Positions 14,424 through 25,009 of a DNA stretch of 64,000 nucleotides are shown here, one piece after another (within the stretch, counting starts at the first letter, position 1; each line of letters opens with the position of its first letter). Source of the DNA: Paragordius varius. Taxonomy: Eukaryota; Animalia; Nematomorpha. Below the pieces are notes generated by a model. It was given only the letters and a program-made list of their open reading frames with translations. It searched no databases and was not told the DNA's origin. The stretch lies in contig OZ176052.1 of NCBI GenBank assembly GCA_964247055.1, positions 3,038,001-3,102,000 on the forward strand, written 5' to 3'. The position numbers and the translations under genes were made by a program.

Positions 14424-15545
14424 CAATATGGATTATGCAACAAAGTTTATTTAGTTGTTATGAACTAATTTATGGTTTTAAAAAGCGTTTGCGTAAATAA
14501 ATGTATATTTTAGAATTGGTCATAATAATTACAAATTAAAATATAATTCACTCGATAATGTAATGAAAGATGTTACCCATTTCTATCAAATTGCTCTAGA
14601 AAAACTACCATTGGATTACGTCTTTGGTATAGGGAAAAAATTGTAAATATACACGAATAAAACTAACAACAATATATTAAACACTGCAAAACATATGGAT
14701 TCGAACGATATCCTTGCACAAAAGTTAAACCTTTTGTGGTAAAAAGAAACCATACAAATTCTCCAAAATTTGTTATTTAAAATGTAATATCATCTAATAT
14801 CGATTGCCGGTATAAATTTCTTAAATCAGGGGTGTCCAACACGCTTTGTTTGGGGTCCTCAATAATGCTTTAAAAAATGTTAAAAAAATAAAAATTGGAT
14901 TTCAATGAAAAAATTTTGATTAAAAGATATATCATCCAAAATTAGGCTTAAAATAAATAAAAAAAACAAAAAAATTATCAAAGCAGCTCGTGAAGATATA
15001 TGTGTTGGACATTCCTGTTTTAAATAATATAATAATATTTTTTGCAAAAAACGGCAAAAAGTTTTTTATATTCTAATAAGGCGTTTTGAACATTGTGATT
15101 GTCCAAAAATCAAAAAAATTTGGTCTGCTATTTGCCTTTATAAAATGTATCGACAAAAATAGGTAAAAAATAGCTAAAATTCCGATAATATGCACCACAA
15201 AAATAAATTTGTCTGCATATACGTTTTATAGTTATTATTTTGTAATATTTTAATTAAAAAAATTTAAAAAATATTTTCAATAAATTATGGTCAATTAGTT
15301 ATAAATTATTGTATGCTTGTCTATGTCTTTTTTTATATTTTAAAATAAAACATGTTATTGCCGAATCTAATGACAATATATCAATCGATTTTTCCAATTG
15401 CGACGGTATAAATCAGATATTTACAAAAACGACAGAACCTAAATTTAAAACTCTCACAAATCATAGACTTTGTCAAAAATTAAAAAAAAGTCAAAATTTG
15501 TAAAACATCAATAAACCAGAAAACAAATATAGTTCCAATGATTTT

Positions 15546-15579
<34 letters not shown>

Positions 15580-16889
15580 TATTTGGGTTATTAAATATGT
15601 ACTTCTAAACACTTGTGCATTAATTTGAATTTAAGACCCCAGCTTTGGAAAATCCGAAAAATATTTGCACTTTTCATACAGGGAAAAACTGATTTAGCCA
15701 CGTTGATAAATATGATAAATTAATAAATAGATGCATACTTTTCCATGCTATTTAATCCTTTCGTTTACTTCAAGTACATTTTGGTTATTGTTTGTTTGTT
15801 CTCACATGGTATTTGACCCCATGTTTTGTCATTTTAAAAGCTTAAAATTTATTAATTTAAACGGATATTTAAAATTTGATTATAAATATAACAACTATAC
15901 AAATTTATATATATATATATACAGTTTAAAGTCTCTTTTTTCCTTTTTTTATCAAAGGCAAAAACTTAAATTGTATCCGGACATGTTAAGGCTTTAACAC
16001 TCGCCTGCCTGCCCAGGGCTGACAGTGATGATGAAAAAATTGCGTAGTTTCGGGTTTGAACACTGGCACGCAGTGGAAGAGTCCGGCGCCCTACCTAATA
16101 TACCATCATCCTTATATAAATATATAGAAATAATTTGAAATTCTATAAAAGTGATTGTATGAAATTTGTTTGTAAAAAATAAAAAAGGTAAACGGTTGGG
16201 TTAAAAAATACTTAAAAATATTATTTCCCATACATTTTATTGTTTTCGGGAAGTTTATCTGATTCATTAAACACAGGGATTGCTGATTTAAGTTTTGTAT
16301 ATTTGTTGTTAGCGATTTTGGTTTTAAATTTTCTATTGGCAATGGATGTAGTCATATTTTGCTTTTTTTCTTCAATTATATTGTTGGTCATGCGTTTGCT
16401 AAATAAATAATAATTTAATTACCTTTCAATAAACCAATATATTTTATTTAAAAATAAAAAAATTTTCCAGAAATAACTTAAATGAATCAGTATGGTTAGA
16501 TTTTTCCACTTCGCGGTTAAGATTGGTAAATTGCCTTAAATAAATATTGTTGACAGGGACATGGTGATATGGTTTAAAGTTCCGATGTCTTTTTGAATGA
16601 AACTTTTTATTTTTATGCAAATTTTCTGAAAAAGCATTTACATTTTCTAAATCAAATGAAGTTTCATTTAACTTTGCAGTATGATTGTAGACATGTTTGG
16701 TTCTGGTAAAAAAATAAAGAGTAGTGAAAAATTTTATGCAGGTTTTAATGTTATTATTAAATAACATACTTATCAATTTTAGATTTATCGACTAGCCGTT
16801 TAGCTTTCAATTTGAGGCTTTGCCACGGTGTTTTAGAGGTGTTTTTTGATTCCAAAAATTTATAGTATTGTTGGTGCAAATTATTGGGA
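424..16889 (-). CDS. Unknown multi-exon repeat protein (partial; >=~890 aa, N/K/S-rich, repeated F[GS][KR]xHK motif); both ends probably not captured
   Basis: Manual reverse-complement translation gives open exons, each bounded by AG/GT in phase 2 at both ends and of 3n length: 16889-16770, 16702-16478, 16398-16234, 13403-13203, 12664-12455, 12146-11982, 11876-11685, 10939-10790, 10085-9918, 9352-9164, 8699-8529, 8020-7844, 6847-6671, 6118-5945, 600-424. Two more (14072-13966, 10333-10149) are 3n-1. Seven exons contain an exact F[GS][KR][MIV]HK motif. Confidence 0.75.
752..3836. mobile_element. Foldback-type non-autonomous DNA transposon with ~1.47-kb inverted arms (Tc1/mariner-like TA|CAGT...ACTG|TA ends)
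   Basis: Arms ~752-2224 and ~2357-3836 are reverse complements (paired coordinates sum to 4588, including the mirror ORFs 1812-2000 and 2588-2776). Spacer ~135 bp. TA on both flanks. Internal subrepeats (caggtaaaaattgcggttttt) roughly every 110 bp. Confidence 0.85.
3849..4246. mobile_element. hAT-type MITE (~400 bp)
   Basis: TIR cagtggcgta / tacgcccctg (1 mismatch); 8-bp TSD ccctcact / cactcact (7/8); GC-rich subterminal ggcgcccgggg repeats. Confidence 0.8.
6671..6847 (-). CDS. Repeat exon: NYKRNESNNDESNTTKNLTLKPQGFGRMHKTKSQIQVNNIQQNA...
   Basis: tatag| acceptor and |gtaatt donor, 177 nt, phase 2-2, open. The track ORF 6591-6773 is a different frame. Confidence 0.75.
6948..7457 (+). mobile_element. 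5'-truncated non-LTR retrotransposon (RTE-clade-like) ORF2 C-terminal fragment
   Basis: ORF has RIRQGWAKF, KIYKMGIRPAMTYATETW, NRLRYYGHIQRM and GRPKLTW, typical of the post-RT region of RTE LINEs. Lies antisense in an intron of the repeat gene. Confidence 0.85.
7844..8020 (-). CDS. Repeat exon: NGIQGDSLIDEINTDNYQDVLLKPSRFSKMHKVNNTTYRS...
   Basis: tttag| and |gtatgc, 177 nt, phase 2-2; lies within track ORF 7810-8064. Confidence 0.75.
8529..8699 (-). CDS. Repeat exon: LGDQNCSNIVNDEISDDENFDENLIGKERQFSKMHKLNNA...
   Basis: aatag| and |gtaatt, 171 nt, phase 2-2, open; not in the ORF track. Confidence 0.75.
9164..9352 (-). CDS. Repeat exon: HHQVNTTLNDEINISNMECNLIKTLRPFGEKRKTKN...
   Basis: aacag| and |gtatgg, 189 nt, phase 2-2. 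Confidence 0.7.
9918..10085 (-). CDS. Repeat exon: NHQHDNSSISVLNDVKSNLVNPIDVKKPQFGKVHKSKN...
   Basis: attag| and |gtaata, 168 nt, phase 2-2; not in the ORF track. Confidence 0.75.
10790..10939 (-). CDS. Repeat exon: NSVESDNLNFDQNLVTVKSRPFGKMHKTNDIN...
   Basis: aacag| and |gtattt, 150 nt, phase 2-2; not in the ORF track. Confidence 0.75.
11367..11616. mobile_element. MITE with taccatttac / gtaaatggta TIRs inserted at a (TA)n tract; related ends near 9549 and at 55852-56485
   Basis: 10-bp perfect TIR plus a subterminal ttaccctc / gagggtgaa match; flanked by TA. Confidence 0.6.
11685..11876 (-). CDS. Repeat exon: NGSVEQNDSLNDELNVTKFEPNTIIHHKTTARFGKIHKKVAKEN...
   Basis: catag| and |gtaggt, 192 nt, phase 2-2; lies within track ORF 11681-11920. 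Confidence 0.75.
14827..15017. mobile_element. hAT MITE sharing TIRs with the 52448-54966 element
   Basis: caggggtgtccaac ... gttggacattcctg; TSD tcttaaat / ttttaaat (7/8). Decayed inverted copy at ~13708-13835. Confidence 0.75.
15320..15545 (+). pseudogene. Dead inverted copy of repeat-gene exon 13403-13203
   Basis: Acceptor AG mutated (tttag|aataaaa becomes ttttaaaataaaa); 2-nt insertion (aactcac becomes aactctcac) shifts the frame to an early stop; orientation opposite to the gene. Confidence 0.7.
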
Positions 16890-17908
16890 CTAAAATTATT
16901 TAAAACTATGTTGCCTGCCTTTCATTATCTTTTAAGGGGATCATAATGCTTTACGGTGATTTGTTAGCGGCTTCTTTTTTGAAAATTTCATATGGTTTTA
17001 ATTGTCAATGATTAAAATATGATTATATTTATTTAGAAAAATTTGGGGGAAAGCTTAACAAGGTCTAAATATAAATATTTATACCAATTTTAAAATTTGA
17101 TATTAAATATAAAATAATTTTAGAGTGTGAAACGTTTTTAAGATCTAATTAAAGTTTAATTGCTCTGGCCTTATTAAATATGGAGTTTGCATCAAGCTAC
17201 ACAGTGTCGAGGATAAGAAATTTACCTGGATGTATCAGGACATAATGGTGGTGTGTTTTACAAATAAGATATAAGAAAATGGAGTATTTACGAGTTAAGG
17301 TTTCAGAAAATGGAATATTTGCGCAATGAACGCTAAATGCATCTTTCGTAAAATATCACTCGAAGAAATTAATAAAAAAAAATATAAAAATTGATTTTAG
17401 ATGTAGTCATTATTTGGACACTTAATGGGCTAGTTATTAGTATAAAATTAAAAATTCTGAACTTTGCAATAAATTGTTTTTGTTGTACTAAATTATGACA
17501 TAAAAATTATTTTTTTAAAAGGGAATATTTTACTTAAACAAATTACGGTTTTGAAAGCTGTTATAGTCATCTTTTAATTATTAACACTTTTCTTATGGAT
17601 GAAAAGGTTGCATTTTTTGAGTTTTGTGACTTCTGGTCTAAAATTCGCATCCAAAACACGTTGAAACGAAATACTGATATTAAAATCAACTAAAACAAAT
17701 TTTTGCAGATAAAATGTAGACTCAAGCTAAAGTTATTTTTTTACATTTTCTAACCATGAAGGAGTTTATGCTGTTTTATTGGTGATTTAAAAATATCCAA
17801 CAATAGTAGAAAAAACGTTTGAGATAAGTTTTTTTAAAATTTACCTATTTAACACTGGCAATACATTCATTTTAAATTGGGGTAGTTAAATACCCCAGCC
17901 CTGTTTAA

Positions 17909-18483
17909 CACTTCGATTTAAATTGGGGTATCTAAATACCCCAGGCTAAATTTAAATTAATACTTATAAAATACTATTGAAGGAAACCATCCCAATTTAA
18001 ATTTATGCTTCTATCCTAATAAAAATTATATAAATATGCCAAAATATTTTAAAAAAATTTTGTTTTGAAAAAAAAGTTCCATGTCAAACTACATCGACGC
18101 CATTTTATTTTAACATTTTTTGCAAAATATCGTCTTATTTAATTTTAAGGGTAAAATTAAAGCTAGTTTTTTATTTCAATAACATCTAACATTGATAGAA
18201 ATAGAAAAAGATATATTTTGTATTATCTATTAATTTTACTATTTCACACATGTCACGTTGACGAAATTTTTACCGTTCGGTTTTAGCTTAAAATAAATAA
18301 TATCAAGTATTTTTGAAAATTTTTTTATATTTTTCGGTTTATTAATGTTATATTAGTGCAAAATTTTACCATTGTTATGATTCTTTCCACACTTTTTAAA
18401 ATATTTGATTCTGAACAGGCCTGGGGTATCCGACTACCCCAATTTGAATCGAAGGATTAAAATGAGTGTGTTGTATCCAAGTG
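17909..18483. mobile_element. 575-bp MITE flanked by TTAA (piggyBac-like target site), followed head-to-head by a second, truncated copy (~18490-18975)
   Basis: ttaa|cacttcgatt ... tatccaagtg|ttaa. Same family as 58352-59659 (1308 bp minus a 734-bp insert = 574 bp). Terminal fragments at ~17849 and ~23285. Confidence 0.7.
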
Positions 18484-19129
18484 TTAAATTAAATGCCTTA
18501 AATAGTATGGAAGGAATTGAAATGGCAAAATTTTGCACTTATATAATAATATCAATAAACGGAAATATATAAAAAAATTTATTCAATAATACTTGATATT
18601 ACTTATTTTAAACTAATAGTCAACGTGTCATGTGTGCAATGGTAAAATTCAAAAATAAACAGAATAAACCGTTTTTTCTATTTCTATCGATGTTAGATGT
18701 AATTTAAATAGAAAATTAGCCTAAATTTAACCCTTAAAATTAAATGAAGACGATATTTTGCAAAAAATTTTAAAATAAAAATGGCGTCGAAGTAGTTTGA
18801 GATGGAACTTTTTTTAAAAAACAAAATTTTACTTAGATATTTTGCCATATTTTTGTAATTTTTATTAGGATAGAAGCATAAATTTAATTGGGACCATTTC
18901 CTTCAGTAGCTTTTTAAAAATCATAAATCAAATTCTGGAGTATTTAGATACCCCAATTCGAACCAAAATGTTAAAAAATTAATTTATACATGCGCCTAAA
19001 TGAAAAAACATATTTCTAATCAATACCCTAACTTTTTAAGATATTCAAATACTAATTAGCTGCATACAATTAAAATCTAATTTATTTACCCTTCTAAAAT
19101 GGACTGGCATATTTTATAAAATTTAAATT

Positions 19130-20870
19130 AGAAGCGCACTTCATACTACTTTGTCATGATGGAAACGGTTAAAACATAGATATTGTAAAAAAACTATCTT
19201 TATAAATTGATGATGCCGAACATTTCTATGCTCCCGGTATTTTAGTATTTCACTTTGAAACATTGATGTTGATAAAAAAAATGCAATTTATATTGGACTT
19301 AAATTTAATATATATATATATATATATCAAAATTCTGAGGTGATAGAAATTTTCGCATCAAATTATATAGGGAAGGTGATTTTTAATATTTAAAAGCTTT
19401 TTTATCCTGCTTCCATCATGCCTAAAAATAGGATGAAGTGAACTTCAACAAAATTTTGCTAAAAATTAATTTTTATGCAAAGTATTCATTTTTTAAATAT
19501 TTTTTTATGTCATAATTAAACATAGATTTAAAAATTTTATCGCGGCCTGGCATTTTTGGGTTATTTTAAAGAACTAGTCCATTTTAGAGCCAAAAAATTT
19601 GGAATTTTCGGGGCCCACATCTATAAATTATAATATTTTTAAAATATTGTTTTATTTTTATAAGTGTTTATTATATATTCTAGTGATATTTTTTGAAATG
19701 AAGCATTTATTTTTCACAAAAAAATTATTTCAAAAAATGTGCTCAGATTTTCTATTTTTTATAAAGCACTCGCACAAGAGTATAATAACTTTCATATATC
19801 ACTCATAAGGGCCAAAACCAAAAGCACCAGGATAATTTTGGTACATTTTTCCATCAGAATATATATATTTCAAATGATTTTTATACCCCCGGACGCAGTG
19901 TTAGTTCATACTTCATGACCTTTTAGAGTACCCAGAGTGATTTGGAATTTGAATATTTTAAAAAGTATCCGGCTCATAATACAAATTTTTTTTAAAAAAA
20001 AAAATTAAAACGAATAAAATTCATATTTTAAACTCTTTAAATTTTTGAAATCGCTAACACTGCGTCCCGAATCGAGGGGTATTAAATAACCTGTAAAAAA
20101 TATACGTATATATATACTGGTAGGAAAATGTATCAGGATTATCATAGAGCTTTTGGCTTTGGCCCATATTAGTGATTAAAGAAAGTTATTACCGCTTTTG
20201 TGGTTACAATATATAAAAGTTTTATCGTGTTTGCTCAATAAGTTTAAAAAATATGGACAAAAATCTATTTCTAGTCAAAAATGAAAAAATGGAAGATTTT
20301 CATTTTGGGGCGCATTTTTGCCCCTAAATTTTTGGGGTCTCCTTTTCCAAGTGATTCTTATTATTCTAGATAAAACTCATGTTCGTTTATTTTTTTACCC
20401 CCCTTTTTTGCGCACAGTGTTAGTGCTCCATCATATCAGAAAATGGCGAAATTTGCGCAAATTTTTTTAATATTTTTTTTTTGGTAAGAGCTAGAGACTT
20501 CCTTCCAAAAAAACATAAATATATGACAAACTACACATACTAAGCAATATTTTCAAAATTTTAATTTTTAGATGGGGGTCCCAAAAGTAACAAATTTTTT
20601 GCATTCTAAAATGGGCTAATCCTAAAAAATTAAGCTTAAAAATGCGGGGATTGCGTGATAAGAATTTTAATTGATGCTAATTTTTGAACTAAATATTTAT
20701 TAAAAAATCTTACTTTTTTCAAAAATTTAATTTTTAGCAAAATTTTGTTAAAGTGTCTTTATACTATTTTGATCATGATGAAACGGTTATAAACGCTTTG
20801 GATATCATAAAATACCTTTTCTTTATGTTTCTATTATGCTGAACATATATACCTCTAAATTTTATTTAAA
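19130..20870. mobile_element. Two partial copies of the long-TIR 'CACTGCG' element family (right half ending 19900; left half starting 20058)
   Basis: Termini cgcagtg (19894-19900) and cactgcg (20058); arm sequence matches 62677-63916 and ~58200-60000. Confidence 0.6.
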
Positions 20871-23800
20871 TTATTTTTTTGTCTTCAAGTTTATATTAAT
20901 CAAATATTGTGTGTTTTATGTGTAATACAATAATCAACTTACTGGTATATTATGGTTTCCAAATATAATTAACTTTGGTGTGCTTTCAGGTTGCATTTTA
21001 CCAAAAAAACTTAATATTTAAAGATTTTAAAATCAGCTGTCAATCGAGTTTCGGAGCTGTCAATTTTAGACTTTGGAATTAACAAGGTTGGAAAAAATAG
21101 AGGCTTAGATGTTTGATAATTAAATTTTAACCAATAACTTTCAAAACAGTAGTACGATTGAACTTTGCGATATAAAACTATCAATATATTATCGCGGATA
21201 AAATGTGAAAGGTTCATAAAATGTTTGCAACAAGTCCTTGAAATTTTTTATTATCATTAATCTTTTAAGCCACTAAAAAGCTACTTTTGTAAGAAACCTT
21301 TTAACCAATTTTTGCCCAAGTATAAGACTGCATAATAACACTAATAGTTTCAGGTATTTCTCGTATAAAGGACAATGCTCTTCGCTTTAAACTCAAGGGA
21401 GTCATTAAAAGTCTAACGTTGAACTTAGTTAGGTTAATTATATTATGGTTACAAGAGCTATTCATCTATAAAAATATTTAAAACACCAATAGATAGATTG
21501 CCGTCTGATACGGGCAAAATAGATATTCATTACAGAAAAACGCTTATTGGAGACCAAGAGCTTAATTAGTTTAAGGATAATTATATAGATGAATGCGAAT
21601 CTCAGTATGTTAATAGCAAACGTTCATAGAGTTGTTCACTAATTATTTTACAAACTAAGTCACATCAACGGGTGACAGGGCTATGTAATAATATGAGCTC
21701 TAAATAATTGATATATTGTTGGCTCCATAGCAATTAACGAGGTTTTTTAAATAGTATCAATACCAATATCATAGTAAAACTTCTGATTAGCCGGTTGCCT
21801 AGACATCACACGTGTAATAGAGTTTTCACTAGCGACTAAAAATTCTTTTGAATCATTATCTGGATATCGTGAAGACATATATTAATTATTTTTCTATTAT
21901 AATTTCTTTTGTGCGAATTTTACCCTTAATATCAGCCCGCTTTCTAACAAATCTATAGAAATCAAGCTTCCCGGCACATTAATCTAAATTATTCATAAAT
22001 CCATTCATAACTGAATATACATAATGTTATATAAGCGATTTTTCATGATTAGGAAAAGGAAACCACATCAAATGGTTAATTCCATTGATTTAAAATATTG
22101 ACAGGAAGCTAGTATATCTGTATATTATGGCAGTGTGGAACTTAAATTTATAATTAAGTTTGTGCCTACACTTTCACAAATTATTTTTTATTTTTTTGTA
22201 AAAGATTAAATATAAATTCCTGAATACTCATATTTGCTTATAATAGTATATAAATAGACTCCATCATTCAACCCAATTATAAAGATTTTCTATCGACTCA
22301 AAGTTTAATATTAAAATAATATTAATAAATTGTTAGAATTTACTATATCCTTTTGGGGGTACTTTTTACAGACCAATTATAAATTCAAATATCTTAAAAA
22401 TTTATTGAAAGGTTAAAATGTAAGAATTAGTTCGCAAGCTAATTGAGTGTATACCCTGATATCTCAATCTTTTCTCCGATTTTTTCAAATTTTAAATTAT
22501 ATTACACCAATTTAATGTTTATTTATTTAAAAATCAGCGTTTCCTTCAATCGGGCTTTGTAACTATCCCAATCTCCGACTTTAATTAGAAATTTGCAAAT
22601 ATATAAGGGTTTTTTTATATCTAAGGACAATGTTTGATAATTAAATTTTAACGAAAACAATTTAACAGTTAATTTAAAAATTTTGATGTAAACCATCCCT
22701 AAATGTAAGCGTATACAGTGAAAATGTGTTAATCGAAAAAAAAAACAATTTATATCTTCAAAGATTAACCAAAATATTTCGTTCTTCTCTTACTATATAA
22801 TTATTAATAATATATGCTCCCTCTATTTTGATTTCACAGAGAAATATTTTTTCATTATACGCCTCAACATTTTTAGTAAACTAAAATAAATGAATATAAA
22901 TTAGTATTCTATATATATAACAAATAACTATTGACAATATAACATTCATAATATATAAATTAAGTTATTTCAAACTATGATGATAATGTTTTTAAAATTT
23001 ATATTAATGATGAGTGATAGTAGTAATGTAGCTCAGGTTCTTTGCATAACGTATAAATCTTTCGCCTTTTACTAAAGATTTCCGTGCATAGAACCAGTTA
23101 TGAGTCATAAATCCATTATTGGTAAATTTTTCTATCCTCTTTGAGGACCCCCTCATAACAAAATAAAATAATTTTACACAAGTCTACCCATTCATGGGAT
23201 ATCCTGTCAACTAACATCTGGAAATGGATAATATTATTGTTTAATTAACATTTTGATTCAACACACATTATTTCAATCCTTCGCTTCAAATTGGGGTAGT
23301 TAAATACCCCAGGCCTATTTAAATTAAATACTTTAAAAAACATGATAATTGACTTATATAAAATTAATGAAACAAAATAAATAAAAAACATTCAAAAATT
23401 ATGGTATTATTAATTTTATGGTTCATCCTTAAGGTAATATTAATTTTATGGTTAAACCTTAAAGTAATTTATCCAAGATGCATATTTGCACTAGCTAAAT
23501 AAAAAAGTAATGGAAAATAAACCACTTGTGTTTATTGCAGTGCTGTACACTTTTACTTAGCAATTAGATAAAAAAATTGATTAAGTTGTAAAAAATATCT
23601 GTTAATGAATGGAAATTAACAAGAGCTCTACGACGTCCTTCCCCCACACTTCTTTATATTTTTAAATTGAAACCATTATTATCATTAGTTTAAAAATGTC
23701 AAAGTTAGCCCAGTTTGAATCGAAGTTTTCCCATAAAATTAAAGATTCGTTATTTTTATATAAGGTCGTATTGTTATAAGGCCTCACACAAGTCTTAACA

Positions 23801-25009
23801 AATAGGGCGAAGAAGTTTGCCTTATAAAAATAACTGCCAAATTATTATAAAATATATATGGTCTTGGTTCTCTGAAATATATTTCAAGACAGTTTATTTT
23901 TTTGGGTGGTGTATTTTAAACTGGGTGGCACTTACTAAGCACCCAATTTAAATAACGAGCTGGACTAAAGATTTTGCTTTAATACAGAAATCACCCATTA
24001 CAATTATGGTTTATACAAAAGGTTGCTTCCAAGCCATGTTATTTATTAGCGGTGTCTTTTTGCATAGAGGTAAGTAAGCCCTGCCCAGTGTCCAATTTGA
24101 ATTTTGCATTTTACTTAAAATATCTAAAACAATTAATTTGTCAAATTCTGCTGACTTGGGGGATTTCAAAATTCTTTAATAATTCTCCGCATTAAATAAT
24201 TATGGGACGTTAAACATTTTTAGTGGTATCATTTTTTGTAAATATAAGTGACACTTTATGCAGCGTTTTTCATAATTACATAATTATTTTAAAAGGTAAT
24301 TTACGTTTTCATCGAATAATTTTTAATCGCGAAATTTGGTTTTGACGTTCATCGGGTTATAAACAGTATGGAAACCGACTTATTTCAAAAAACTTGAAAC
24401 TAAATTTTAACTTTTTAATATATTAAAAGGTAAATTTATGGTTTACGATGGGAAACAATATTTTGTCTACTCTTTATTTCAGGTAACTTCGCCATTTTGT
24501 TCCCTATTATAGGCTTTTTTAAATTAATTTATAAAAAGGTATAACTTTTCTTTATAATCCGTTATTAACACTTGTTACCACCTTTTAAGCTCCATACACC
24601 CAAAAGATTTTATTCAAATATTAGCTGGCCCTGGAACGCTTTGCTGTGACGTAGTCTCACTGATAATTCTTAATAATTTGCAATAAATAGTGGTAAGAAG
24701 AAAATAATAATAAAAAAATAGTGTCTTTAATTATTCTTTTACAGATTATTGTATAGGTTCAAATATTGATTATTCGAAATTGATATTTAAACTGCCCCTT
24801 AAAGTTAATATTCAACTATATTGAATCTATTTTAAGATTTTTTACGAAACCGTGGTTAAAAGTTTTATTCTGAAATTGTGTTCACACAGCTGGGATCAAG
24901 GGACATAAAAAATAAATCTTGTGGTCCCTTTTTAAAGGAAAGAATGATATTATTTGATTTCCCCAAAAATGTGTTTAACTGAACTCGTATGGCTTGTTAA
25001 GTTTTTTGA

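Larger units (their letters stand above)
13190..15905. repeat. Intragenic inverted duplication: 13190-14400 is homologous in inverted orientation to 14685-15905, with block order permuted
   Basis: Paralogous ORFs 13154-13435(-) and 15309-15503(+). Also 14030-14400 matches 15590-15905, and 13840-14015 matches 14685-14825, both inverted. (TA)n tracts lie at ~13186, 14391-14419, 15548-15577 and ~15907. Confidence 0.8.

Noticed and set aside
14514-14626. Plus-strand open exon-like segment within the inverted block
   Set aside because: Open with AG/GT ends but phase 2-1, unlike the other modules, and with no motif; cannot be placed in a gene model.
7810-16776. Track ORFs 7810-8064, 9049-9303, 10135-10344, 11681-11920, 12451-12720, 13154-13435 and 16444-16776 as separate small genes
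   Set aside because: Each is an exon of the repeat gene extended into intron sequence; internal AG/GT sites in consistent phase delimit the real coding part.
17200-17360. Possible old LINE reverse-transcriptase fragment
   Set aside because: Only a vague resemblance with no diagnostic motif; not supportable by eye.
23950-24070. Weak ND5-like stretch (FQAMLFISGVFLH) suggesting a NUMT
   Set aside because: The similarity covers about 13 residues of hydrophobic sequence and the flanks do not extend it. A tBLASTn against the species' mitogenome would be needed.
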